From an uncultured Gammaproteobacteria bacterium (GTDB taxonomy: Bacteria > Patescibacteriota > Patescibacteriia > JAHIZJ01), in contig CAZQLY010000001.1 in the NCBI GenBank assembly GCA_964594455.1, forward strand, positions 133,989 through 197,988: 64,000 bases of DNA. The letters run 5' to 3'. This document shows positions 9,169 to 18,597 of the stretch, piece after piece. A program made the position numbers and the translations under genes. Every line of letters begins with the position of its first letter. Within the stretch, counting starts at the first letter, position 1. The notes under the pieces were generated by a model, which was not told where the DNA came from, did not search any database, and was given only the letters and a program-made list of their open reading frames with translations.

Positions 9169-9876
9169 ATGGCATCAGATCCTATTCCTGAAGTGGTTCC
9201 AGAGAAGAAAAAACATAGATGGCTCTGGGTTGTCTTGGCAATTATTATAATTTTGCCTTTGCTTTTTTTGGGCTGGACCGGGATTTATAGCATCCCTGTT
9301 TTGACTGACTTGTTCGGCAGTCGGAAACCGATTGATTTAGGGGTTGTAGTTAGTAATGAAGCTTTAGCCAGCGCCATAGCTGATAACCCAATGGACTTAG
9401 AAGGTGATCCAGCTGAGTACTCGGGCGTAGCAAAAAAAATATATACCGGGCAAGTGCCGATTAATGATCAACACAGTTCAGAAGAGATGACTTCGTTTCT
9501 CCAGCATTATACCCAAAACGCTCCCTACATTCGTGATCTGCAAGTTAAATTTATTGATGGCGGAATGGAAATTTCAGCTTTTGTAAAAGAGTATGTTAAA
9601 GCCCCGGTGTATATAAAAGTCGGAGTTGAGAAGACGGGCGTAAAATCTATAAAATTGAATTTGCAAAAAGCCAAGATCGGCCGTTTGTCAGTTCCGGAAA
9701 CATATTATGATGACATTGAAAAATTTGCCGAAGATGTGATTAATGATAAATTAACTGAAATTGAGGGTTTTACTATTGATAAACTGGAGTACACTGACGG
9801 TCAAGCCTACTTAAAAGGCACTCTTCCGGAAAAAGTTGAATTAGTGTCCGGGGAAGAAGATAAATTTTGGGAGTAG
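9169..9876 (+). CDS. Membrane-anchored hypothetical protein
   Basis: One N-terminal TM helix (WLWVVLAIIIILPLLFLGW); no known motifs. Confidence 0.55.
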   Translation: MASDPIPEVVPEKKKHRWLWVVLAIIIILPLLFLGWTGIYSIPVLTDLFGSRKPIDLGVVVSNEALASAIADNPMDLEGDPAEYSGVAKKIYTGQVPINDQHSSEEMTSFLQHYTQNAPYIRDLQVKFIDGGMEISAFVKEYVKAPVYIKVGVEKTGVKSIKLNLQKAKIGRLSVPETYYDDIEKFAEDVINDKLTEIEGFTIDKLEYTDGQAYLKGTLPEKVELVSGEEDKFWE

Positions 9877-9882
9877 TCTTTT

Positions 9883-10884
9883 ATGAAAATAACAATTAGA
9901 GAAACTGCCAAGCTTTTAGAAGCAAAGCTAAAGCGTATTGGGTATAGTAGTAAAGAAGCAAGGATAATCGCCAGTGAGTATGTAGATGGCGAGATTAAAG
10001 GAAAGCAGTCTCATGGTGTGTTTGGTTTTATTCGGGCATTTGGAAAAATACAAGCCAACAAAGATAAGCTTGAAGCGTTTGGCTCGGCCAAGAGAGGAGA
10101 GTTTAAAGTAAAAATTAACAAACCGGCCTATGCTTATATAGAAGGTAATCAGGATAAAGGGCAAATAGTCGCTGACTATGCTATTAAATTGGCTGTAAAA
10201 AAAGCCAAAAAATCTGGAATAGCTATGGTTGGCGGAGGCAATATTCAGTCCTTTCTCAAGCCGGGTACATGGGCTGAGTCTGCCGCCAAACAACAAATGA
10301 TCGGTTTATGCTTTAATTACGGCGGCAGTCCGTTAATGGCTCCGACAGGCTCTAGACAACCAGTTCTATCGACGAATCCCATTGGTATTGGTATACCCTA
10401 TAAACCATTTCCGATAGTTATAGACATGGCTACTTCTGTTCGCGCCTTTTACCATATTAGAATGGCAAAAGCACTAGGTAAGAAGATAGAAAAAGGCTGG
10501 GCAATTGATCGTTGGGGTAGTTTAACCCGGGATCCAGAAAAAGTTGCCGCTGTCTTACCATTCGGCGATTACAAAGGCTATGCTTTAAGCCTAGCCTTAG
10601 AGATTCTAACCGGTCCGTTGGTAAAAACAAGAGTGGGGAGTAGGACCAGGAAATTGAGAGGATTTTTATTTATAGTTATTAATCCTTATGTTTTTACTAG
10701 CCAGAAAGAATTCCAGTCAGATGTTAAAAAATTAATCAAAGAAATAAAGTCAGCAAAAAGGATAAAAGGTATTCAAGAAATAATTATTCCTGGTGAAAGA
10801 GCGTATGAGCATGAGAAAAGGATAAGACGCAGAGGGTGTTTAGAAATAGATAATAGTATTATTAACAAAATAAAATCTTTATGA
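9883..10884 (+). CDS. Ldh_2 family (malate/L-lactate/ureidoglycolate/sulfolactate) dehydrogenase
   Basis: Collinear with AllD/YbiC-type enzymes: MKITIRETAKLL start, SHGV, STNP, DMATS, GYAL, IVINP blocks. Confidence 0.75.
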   Translation: MKITIRETAKLLEAKLKRIGYSSKEARIIASEYVDGEIKGKQSHGVFGFIRAFGKIQANKDKLEAFGSAKRGEFKVKINKPAYAYIEGNQDKGQIVADYAIKLAVKKAKKSGIAMVGGGNIQSFLKPGTWAESAAKQQMIGLCFNYGGSPLMAPTGSRQPVLSTNPIGIGIPYKPFPIVIDMATSVRAFYHIRMAKALGKKIEKGWAIDRWGSLTRDPEKVAAVLPFGDYKGYALSLALEILTGPLVKTRVGSRTRKLRGFLFIVINPYVFTSQKEFQSDVKKLIKEIKSAKRIKGIQEIIIPGERAYEHEKRIRRRGCLEIDNSIINKIKSL

Positions 10885-13139
10885 AAACTAAGAAAACGGT
10901 AAAGAAAATAAAGAAGGCAACAAACTTAAAAATGTCATCCGGTATTTCCAACACCGAAGTGCTAGTAGTGCTGGTTATTGCCATGCTGGTGGCCGGTACC
11001 TCAATTTATCTTGGATTGAACTATGAGTTTCCATTTAATGTAAATACCAATAGTAATACATCTGATGATGTCGGCAGTGGCACCACTGTTTCAGAATCTC
11101 TGCTGGCTCAGAAGGAATTAAAAAAGTTTGAAGACTATGATCAACTCAATGATTTCTTAGATGAACGAGCAGGTTCGGAAAGTAGCTACTACAGAAGTTA
11201 TTGGGCTGATGTGACGATTGAAGAGAGTGCAGTCGGAGAGAGCTTGACCCAAGATTACAGCGCCAAAGAAGCTTCACCTAGTGATTTTTCTACTACCAAT
11301 ATCCAAGTCGAGGGAGTAGATGAAGCTGACATTGTGAAAAGTGACGGCGATTATATTTATGTTGTCTCAAGAAAGAATCTATATATTATTGACGCTTATC
11401 CGGCTGATCAGGCCCAGATTGTTTCGACAATCGCGTTTCACTCCACCCCTCAAGACATTTATATCAATGAAGATTACTTAGTTGTTTACGGCACGGAAAG
11501 CAGTGTTTTAACAAAGCCGTTTTTTGAATCTATCCGTGATTCCTCAACTTATACTTTTTTCAAAGTTTTTGACGTTAAGGATCGAGTCAATCCCAAGCAA
11601 GTTCGTGATCTGGAATTCGAAGGCACCTACGTAAATTCACGAATGATTGGCGATTATGTTTACTTTATTACCTCTCAGCCTTCATACGGAGTTTATGATG
11701 ACTATCCTGTTCCTATGGTTGTGGAGGATGATGAGTTAGTATCATCTGATCCAAGCGCCAAAGGCTGCCTCTGCCCAGATGTATATTATGTTGATGTTCC
11801 CTATACTAATTATAATTTTACGTCGGTTACTGCCATAAACGTTACCGACAATAACAAAAAAATAAACTCTGAAGTATATCTTTTGAGTGGTACGGAAAAT
11901 ATGTATGTTTCGGAAAATAATATCTATATTGCTTATACGAAATATGTCAGCGAAAGCCAGTTAGAATTAGAAGTCTTAAAGGAAATAGTTATGCCAATGT
12001 TAGAAACTAAAGACCGACAGCGTATTCAGGATATTGAAGATGCTCCAGCTCATGTCCTAAACCAAGTGGAGAAATTGACCAAAATAGGCCTGATTATTGA
12101 GCGATATACAAATTCGTTAAGCCAAACAGATCAAGTAAGCATAAATCAGAAAGTTGAGGAAAAACTTCAGGCTAAATATGACGATATATATAAAGAGTTA
12201 GAAAAAACTGTTATTCATAAAATTGAGTTAAATAACGATAAACTGTCATACAAAGCCACAGGCGAGGTAACCGGACAGGTATTAAACCAGTTTGCCATGG
12301 ATGAACACGACGATTATTTCCGGATCGCTACAACTAAGAATAGCAATTGGTCCTGGATTGAAGATGCCACAACTGATTCCTACAACAATGTTTATGTCTT
12401 GGATGAAGATTTGGAGATTGTGGGTAAGGTGGAAAATCTTGCTGAGGGTGAAAGAATCTATTCGGCCCGATTCATGCAGGGCAGAGTATATTTAGTAACC
12501 TTCCGACAAGTCGACCCGCTTTACGCTATCGATCTGTCTAATCCTAAGAGTCCAAAAGTGCTGGATATGTTAAAGGTCCCTGGCTTTTCGTCATATCTGC
12601 ATCCTTACGATTCCGAAACCCTGATTGGGTTTGGTAAACAGGCTGACGAAGATGGAAGAATCCAAGGATTAAAGATATCACTTTTTGACGTCTCTGATGT
12701 TGAGAACATGAAAGAAATTGATACCTATGAAATGGGTGATAGCGGGAGCGAATCAATTGCCCTGACTGACCATAAGGCGTTTCTCTTTTCCAAAGACAAA
12801 AATCTGTTGGTAGTGCCCGTGTCACTTCGCAAATCTTATGACGAAGAAACGTTTGTTAGCACATATACCAGGGGTGCCATGGTTTTTAGCATTACAGAAG
12901 ATGGTATAGAATTTCGTGATCAAATAAATCATTCCGATGGCAGCAATGACAGTTCAGATTACTATTATGGCTATCAGTATTACGATACTACCGTGAAAAG
13001 AAGTCTCTATATCGATGATACGCTTTATACGATTTCAAACTTATTTGTTAAATCAAACAGCTTGGATGATTTGTCGGTGATAAAAGAAATTGATCTAGCA
13101 ACTACGACATCTACTAGCGATTTTGATATAATTAACTAA
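10881..13139 (+). CDS. Secreted beta-propeller domain protein (COG4880/PF09826-like)
   Basis: N-terminal TM/signal; blocks EGVDEADIVKSDGDYIYVVS and VDPLYAIDLSNPKSPKVLDMLKVPGFSSYLHPYD resemble the archaeal/CPR beta-propeller secreted family. Confidence 0.55.
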   Translation: MKTKKTVKKIKKATNLKMSSGISNTEVLVVLVIAMLVAGTSIYLGLNYEFPFNVNTNSNTSDDVGSGTTVSESLLAQKELKKFEDYDQLNDFLDERAGSESSYYRSYWADVTIEESAVGESLTQDYSAKEASPSDFSTTNIQVEGVDEADIVKSDGDYIYVVSRKNLYIIDAYPADQAQIVSTIAFHSTPQDIYINEDYLVVYGTESSVLTKPFFESIRDSSTYTFFKVFDVKDRVNPKQVRDLEFEGTYVNSRMIGDYVYFITSQPSYGVYDDYPVPMVVEDDELVSSDPSAKGCLCPDVYYVDVPYTNYNFTSVTAINVTDNNKKINSEVYLLSGTENMYVSENNIYIAYTKYVSESQLELEVLKEIVMPMLETKDRQRIQDIEDAPAHVLNQVEKLTKIGLIIERYTNSLSQTDQVSINQKVEEKLQAKYDDIYKELEKTVIHKIELNNDKLSYKATGEVTGQVLNQFAMDEHDDYFRIATTKNSNWSWIEDATTDSYNNVYVLDEDLEIVGKVENLAEGERIYSARFMQGRVYLVTFRQVDPLYAIDLSNPKSPKVLDMLKVPGFSSYLHPYDSETLIGFGKQADEDGRIQGLKISLFDVSDVENMKEIDTYEMGDSGSESIALTDHKAFLFSKDKNLLVVPVSLRKSYDEETFVSTYTRGAMVFSITEDGIEFRDQINHSDGSNDSSDYYYGYQYYDTTVKRSLYIDDTLYTISNLFVKSNSLDDLSVIKEIDLATTTSTSDFDIIN

Positions 13140-13146
13140 TATTTCT

Positions 13147-13341
13147 ATGGAAGAAAGTCCAAAAGAAAAAACCCAACCGGACAAACCCGTCCACAAGCGA
13201 AAGTTTCCGCTGGGTGGGGTTATTGTTCTAGTGGTGGGAGTAATCCTGCTTTTGCAGAATATGGGAGTTGAGTGGGCTGACAATATCTGGTTCCCGGCTA
13301 TTTTGATAGTTTTGGGTTTGGGAATTATATTCAAGAAATAA
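13147..13341 (+). CDS. Small membrane protein (2 TM)
   Basis: 64 aa with two hydrophobic helices. Confidence 0.45.
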   Translation: MEESPKEKTQPDKPVHKRKFPLGGVIVLVVGVILLLQNMGVEWADNIWFPAILIVLGLGIIFKK

Positions 13342-13343
13342 AG

Positions 13344-13637
13344 ATGAAAAAAAGATTATACATCTTTCTCAGCATTGTTTTGGGTGTATTATTGAGCTTT
13401 ATCGTGCATGCTGCAATAGAGCTATGGTATCTAAATCGGATGGAAAGCTCAGGTAAAGAAGTGGTTTGGCGGACATTTTTTGGATATGGAGCGTGTGCCC
13501 TGCCGGATTATTTGAAATACGGGCTGATAGTAGCAGGGCTTCTGGGAGGCTTTTTGCTGGGAAAATGGTGGTGGAGGGCTGTGTATATCCAGGGAAGGCA
13601 TTGGCGTAATAAAAACGACTCCAATATTTCACCTTAA
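13344..13637 (+). CDS. Small membrane protein
   Basis: 97 aa with two hydrophobic segments and a Trp/Arg-rich tail. Confidence 0.45.
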   Translation: MKKRLYIFLSIVLGVLLSFIVHAAIELWYLNRMESSGKEVVWRTFFGYGACALPDYLKYGLIVAGLLGGFLLGKWWWRAVYIQGRHWRNKNDSNISP

Positions 13638-13689
13638 GTTTTCAATAGTTTGTTTTGAAAAAATAGGGTATCTATTGTAAAATTAACTT

Positions 13690-14724
13690 ATGGCTAAGAA
13701 AAAAAACAATCAACCTCCGATTACCCAGGTAACCAAGGTTTTAAAATTAAGAAACGAACGTCAAGCCATTATTCTAGATACAATATCCGAACATGCTAAG
13801 CCGGACGTTGATTTTTATTTATTAAGCGTTTTTTCCAGCATAATTATCACCCTCGGGTTGATTAGAGACAATACGGCAGTGGTCATTGGTGGTATGTTGA
13901 TAGCCCCTTTTATCTGGCCCATCCTTCAATTGGCTTTAGGTGTGGTTCGCGGGCAACCAATCTCATTGCGTAAAGGGCTAATGACAGCCTTGAAAGCAGC
14001 ATTAATATTTGTAGCGGTTTCATATATAATTACTGTGGTCTGGCCAGTGTTTGAAGTTGGTCGAGAAATTTTGCAGAGAACAGAACCGACTTTAGCTGAA
14101 TTAGTAATCGCTCTATCATCCGGATTTATTGGAGCGTTTATTATTTCTTGGCCCAAGATTATCTCGGCTTTGGGAGGAGTCTTAATAGCTGCAGCAATAA
14201 CACCACCGCTAGGTGTACTCGGTATTACCTTGGCTTTGGGAAATTTCGAAGCCTTCATGGGCGCCTTTCTTTTATTTTTGGCAAATTTGATTGCGATTAC
14301 CTTTGGGGCAGCCATACTTTTCTTTCTTATCAAAATCCGTCCGCTCAAATCAGAAAAAACTCCGAGCCGGGTCATGCGAAATACTGTCTGGGCTGTAATT
14401 TTCTTTGTCTTGATCACTATCCCGCTGAGTTACTTCTTTATTGATATTGCTAAGATCAACCGACAAAAATTTATTATCCAAGACGTGATTGAAGAAAACA
14501 TGCCCGAAAGCGTTATCAGAGATTTACAAGTCTCACATTCTCAGAATTCTGTTCATGCTAAAATTACTGTAGAATATACAGAAGAAGTAACGGAGTGGAA
14601 GGTTGATCGGATAAATGATATTATCAGTGATAAATTGAATAAGTCAGTTGATCTCGAGATGTATATTGTTCCGGTGATAAAAGCGGGCGAGACCAACAAT
14701 ACCAATACTGAGCAGCTGCTATAA
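13690..14724 (+). CDS. Polytopic membrane protein (possibly DUF389-like)
   Basis: Six or more TM helices, Gly-rich motifs, C-terminal soluble region. Confidence 0.5.
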   Translation: MAKKKNNQPPITQVTKVLKLRNERQAIILDTISEHAKPDVDFYLLSVFSSIIITLGLIRDNTAVVIGGMLIAPFIWPILQLALGVVRGQPISLRKGLMTALKAALIFVAVSYIITVVWPVFEVGREILQRTEPTLAELVIALSSGFIGAFIISWPKIISALGGVLIAAAITPPLGVLGITLALGNFEAFMGAFLLFLANLIAITFGAAILFFLIKIRPLKSEKTPSRVMRNTVWAVIFFVLITIPLSYFFIDIAKINRQKFIIQDVIEENMPESVIRDLQVSHSQNSVHAKITVEYTEEVTEWKVDRINDIISDKLNKSVDLEMYIVPVIKAGETNNTNTEQLL

Positions 14725-14725
14725 A

Positions 14726-17626
14726 ATGAAATCGGAATTATCCCAACAACTAAATCCAGAACAGAATCGGGCGGTCAAATTCGGGGACGGCCCATTATTA
14801 ATCGTGGCAGGCGCCGGGACCGGCAAAACCACAGTGATTACCCAGCGGTTGGCCTGGCTGATTGAGCAAAAAAAAGCTGCGCCGGACGAAATTTTGGCAC
14901 TGACATTTACCGACAAAGCAGCCGGAGAAATGGAAGAGCGAGTTGACCAGCTTCTGCCATACGGATACGTGGATCTTTGGGTGTCGACATTCCACGCTTT
15001 TGGTGAAAGGATTCTAAAAGACCATGCGTTGGATCTAGGCTTGGATCCGGGATTTAGAATCTTATCTACGCCGGATCAGTGGTTTATGATCCGGCAGAAT
15101 TTAGATAAATTTCAGCTTAGCTATTATAAACCTCTGGGCAACCCAACCCGTTTTATCTACGCTTTAGTCAAACACTTTTCGCGTTTAAAAGACGAGCACA
15201 TTGAACCGGATGAGTACGTAAAGTATGCCGAAAGACGGATCAAGAAAACCAAAGGCGGTTCGGAAGATGAGGTGGAAGAGGCAAAAAAGATTCTTGAGGT
15301 AGCCAAGGCTTTTCGGGTTTACCAAAACCTCCTGCATGAAAATGGCTGGCTGGATTTTGGCGATTTGGTTATATACACGCTGAAGCTTTTTAAAACTAGA
15401 AAAACCATTCTGGAAAAATACCGTCAGCAATTTAAATACGTATTAGTTGACGAATTCCAGGATACAAATTATGCCCAATACGAATTAGTCAAACTATTGG
15501 CCGGTACTAAACAAAACATTACTGTTTGCGGTGATGATGATCAATCAATTTATAAATTTCGGGGAGCGTCTGTTTCCAATATTTTGCAGTTCAAAAAAGA
15601 TTTCCCTAAAGCCCTGGAAGTCGTCTTGGTGCAAAATTATCGTAATGCTCAAAACACTTTGGATTTGTCTTATGATTTTATCCAGCTTAATAATCCTAAT
15701 AGATTAGAAGCACAGTTGGGCGATAGTGGAAAAGAGAAGTCGGGGCTGACAAAAAAGATCAGCAAAAAACTAAAGTCTAACAAAAAAGAACCAGCCGTTA
15801 TTGAACACATTCATTGTGAAACTATAGATAGGGAAGTGATGACGGTTCTAAAAAAGATAGTCGATTTGCAAAAAGCCAAGCAAGCCAGCTGGAGCGATTT
15901 TGCGATTTTGGTCAGGGCCAATGATATGGCTGACCCCTTTATTACGGCCTTAAGTGCTCAGGGTTTGCCATATCAGTTTATTGCTTCAAAAGGATTGTTC
16001 CAAAAACCCGAGATAATAGATTTAATATCTTATTTGAAACTGCTGGATAACTATCATGAGAGTTCGGCGCTTTATCGGATCCTCTCGTTGAAAACTTTTA
16101 ATATCCCAGTTGAAGATATCGTAAAACTTTTGCACTATTCCAGCCGTAAGAGTGTTTCTCTTTATGAAACATTACGTGAGGCTAGACTTTTGGGATTACA
16201 ACCAAAATCAAAAGACAAAATTGAAAAAATACAAAAGTTGATAGAACGACATACAGAATTAACGCGTACCAAATCAGTCGGCCAAGTGCTTTATCGTTTT
16301 GTGAAAGAGTCGGGCTATATTGAAAGGTTAACTAAGAAAGAAACGCTGGAGAACGCGGAAAAGATTTTGAATATCAATAAGTTTTTTACCAAGATAGCGG
16401 AATTCGAAAGCCGGAACGAAGACAAATCAGTCAAAAGTTTCATGGCTGAGCTGAATATCATGCTGGAAATAGGGCAAGATCCAGCGCCTACATCAATGCT
16501 GGAAGGACCAGAAGCTATAAAAATAATGACTATTCATTCGGCCAAAGGCCTGGAATTCCCTTACGTGTTTATTGCCAATTTGGTAGACAAAAGATTCCCC
16601 TCGATTGAACGGCGTGAACAAATAGAGATCCCTGAAGATATGATCAAGGAGATATTACCGACCGGCGATATTCATTTGCAGGAGGAGCGTCGGCTGTTTT
16701 ATGTGGCAGTAACTCGTGCCAAGTCAGGATTGTTTTTTACCACAGCTGACAACTATGGCGGATTGAGAAAGAAGAAGCTTTCTCGATTTCTCAAGGAAAT
16801 CAAATACGATCAGTATGTTAAACCGATGGGTATCAAAAAAGAGAAAGGGATTGATTATCCGGATGAGTTTGAAGGTGCGCGTAATAAACTTTTCAAATAT
16901 GAATTACCGCGCCAGCTCAGCTTTACCCAGCTAAAGGCTTTTTGGACCTGTCCGTATCAATACCGGTTCATGTTTGTTTTGAAGGTTCCGGGTGAGCCTA
17001 AACATACTTTTAGTTACGGCAAATCAATTCACAAAACATTAAGTGATTTCTTCCAGCTGGTTCAAAGAGGACAAAAGCACGACTGGCCAACTCTAAAAAG
17101 ATTATATGAATCAAACTGGATAGATGAATGGTACGAATCATCTGAGCATATGGCTGAACGAAAAGCTCAAGGTTTAAAAGCCCTCAAAGTATATTTTGAT
17201 TCTTTTGAGGGTAAGTTTCCTAAACCGCTTTATTTGGAGAAAGGTTTTGTTATTAAGATAAAAGGCAATTCTATCAAGGGATTTATTGACCGCATTGACG
17301 AGTTATCAGATGGCACGGTGGAAATTATCGATTATAAAACCGGTACCAAACCAAAATCAAAAAAGGTGGAAAACCCGGAACAGCTTTTAATTTATGCTAT
17401 GGCGGCTCGGGAAAGCATGAAAAAAGAACCCTCTAGCTTGTCGTATCATTATTTGGAGGGCAATGAGCAAGTAGCATTTAGCGCAACCGATCAAGCCATA
17501 GAAAAAGTTAAAGAAAAAATAGCCCAAACGGCCGAAGAGATGAAAACCAGTGATTTCCGGCCCACGCCTGGATTTCAATGCAAGTACTGTGATTTCAAAG
17601 ATATTTGTGAATATCGGCAGGTATAA
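14726..17626 (+). CDS. UvrD/PcrA-family helicase fused to a C-terminal Cas4/AddB-like PD-(D/E)xK nuclease with an Fe-S cysteine cluster
   Basis: Walker A AGAGTGKTT, DExx VDEFQDT, GDDDQSIY, helicase C-terminal TIHSAKGLEF; C-terminal GFIDRID...EIIDYKTG plus C..(CPYQY) and CKYCDFKDIC. Confidence 0.85.
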   Translation: MKSELSQQLNPEQNRAVKFGDGPLLIVAGAGTGKTTVITQRLAWLIEQKKAAPDEILALTFTDKAAGEMEERVDQLLPYGYVDLWVSTFHAFGERILKDHALDLGLDPGFRILSTPDQWFMIRQNLDKFQLSYYKPLGNPTRFIYALVKHFSRLKDEHIEPDEYVKYAERRIKKTKGGSEDEVEEAKKILEVAKAFRVYQNLLHENGWLDFGDLVIYTLKLFKTRKTILEKYRQQFKYVLVDEFQDTNYAQYELVKLLAGTKQNITVCGDDDQSIYKFRGASVSNILQFKKDFPKALEVVLVQNYRNAQNTLDLSYDFIQLNNPNRLEAQLGDSGKEKSGLTKKISKKLKSNKKEPAVIEHIHCETIDREVMTVLKKIVDLQKAKQASWSDFAILVRANDMADPFITALSAQGLPYQFIASKGLFQKPEIIDLISYLKLLDNYHESSALYRILSLKTFNIPVEDIVKLLHYSSRKSVSLYETLREARLLGLQPKSKDKIEKIQKLIERHTELTRTKSVGQVLYRFVKESGYIERLTKKETLENAEKILNINKFFTKIAEFESRNEDKSVKSFMAELNIMLEIGQDPAPTSMLEGPEAIKIMTIHSAKGLEFPYVFIANLVDKRFPSIERREQIEIPEDMIKEILPTGDIHLQEERRLFYVAVTRAKSGLFFTTADNYGGLRKKKLSRFLKEIKYDQYVKPMGIKKEKGIDYPDEFEGARNKLFKYELPRQLSFTQLKAFWTCPYQYRFMFVLKVPGEPKHTFSYGKSIHKTLSDFFQLVQRGQKHDWPTLKRLYESNWIDEWYESSEHMAERKAQGLKALKVYFDSFEGKFPKPLYLEKGFVIKIKGNSIKGFIDRIDELSDGTVEIIDYKTGTKPKSKKVENPEQLLIYAMAARESMKKEPSSLSYHYLEGNEQVAFSATDQAIEKVKEKIAQTAEEMKTSDFRPTPGFQCKYCDFKDICEYRQV

Positions 17627-17660
17627 AAAAACCCACCAAAAAGGCGGGTGAGGAAAGAGC
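17625..17660 (-). terminator. Terminator repeat A (minus-strand hairpin cacccgcc-ttttt-ggtgggt then U7)
   Basis: aaaaaaacccaccaaaaaggcgggtgaggaaagagc; near-identical copies at 18058 and 18563. Confidence 0.6.
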
Positions 17661-17662
17661 GG

Positions 17663-17968
17663 TCAGGTTGTCTGGCTGTTTCTGACATGGCTGGTAATGA
17701 TTTCAATTCGGGTAACGCTGCTTCTTTGTATGGTGCTTTTGACATGGAAGAAGCGCCTAAAACCATCGTGGACAAACCTGACAATCAATGAGTCATCAGC
17801 ACGATCCACAACTTGAGCAAAACCCTCCTTGCCAACTTCGATAAACTCGCGAATGCGCACTGACTGGATTGGTAATTCACGTCTTATTAGACGTTTTCTA
17901 TGGCGGCAGCCAATACGTAACTGCCGCAGCGATGTTATTGCAGCAGAACGGATCATTACTCCCTCCAT
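17663..17968 (-). CDS. Hypothetical small protein (GC-rich islet); coding status uncertain
   Basis: 101-aa ORF immediately upstream of terminator repeat A; an overlapping alternative 69-aa ORF exists. Confidence 0.3.
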   Translation of the reverse strand: MEGVMIRSAAITSLRQLRIGCRHRKRLIRRELPIQSVRIREFIEVGKEGFAQVVDRADDSLIVRFVHDGFRRFFHVKSTIQRSSVTRIEIITSHVRNSQTT

Positions 17969-18057
17969 ACAAGTTAAATGAGACAGGCCTTCCGTTTATC
18001 TGTTATGAAATTAGTGTGTATTATCTATTTTGTCAAGGGTATATTTACTAGTTTTAT

Positions 18058-18093
18058 AAAAAAACCCACCAAAATGGCGGGTGAGGGAAAGAT
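18058..18093 (-). terminator. Terminator repeat B
   Basis: aaaaaaacccaccaaaatggcgggtgagggaaagatc, directly 3' of the 18094 gene stop. Confidence 0.6.
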
Positions 18094-18486
18094 CTAGGTG
18101 TGCTGACCGATCAGGTCAGCGAAGATTTGGCGTGGGAGTGCCGGCTCTTTTAGGATTAAAGAAGGAACAACACTCTCAGTTTGGACATCAGGGGTGACGT
18201 AGTCAGTCCAAGATGTGCCAGGATGAAACTTGGGCGAGTCGATATGCGTGTTCGTTAGAAGAAATACGGCGCCATTCAACTCCAGCCCCTCGAGATTAGC
18301 TATCTGCGCTAAAGCCAGATAGACTAATCGATTCCAATCTGAGGGAGTAACATTAAAAAATTCCACCGCTAGTACAAACAGCGGTTTCTCTCCCGTCTGA
18401 TGGTCTGGTTTGTAATAGCGGAAAGTGCAGTCAGTAACTCCATCGGTTACTTGGACGGTGCAAATGGATTGATTTATGCGGCCCAT
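18094..18486 (-). CDS. Hypothetical protein (GC-rich islet)
   Basis: Start MGRINQ with GAGGAGGTG SD; possible weak similarity to the 27908..28180 protein (shared TPSD and KFHP motifs). Confidence 0.45.
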   Translation of the reverse strand: MGRINQSICTVQVTDGVTDCTFRYYKPDHQTGEKPLFVLAVEFFNVTPSDWNRLVYLALAQIANLEGLELNGAVFLLTNTHIDSPKFHPGTSWTDYVTPDVQTESVVPSLILKEPALPRQIFADLIGQHT

Positions 18487-18562
18487 GAACACCTCCTCGG
18501 TGGAAAGAACAACGGATACTACCAAGGTAATTTATCAGGTTGGCTGAAGAAGTCAAATGTTT

Positions 18563-18597
18563 AAAAAAAGACCCACCAATTGGTAGGTCAGAAAGGG
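18563..18597 (-). terminator. Terminator repeat C (diverged copy)
   Basis: aaaaaaagacccaccaattggtaggtcagaaaggg; the minus-strand RNA forms an 8-bp stem including one G-U pair, then a U-run. Confidence 0.55.
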
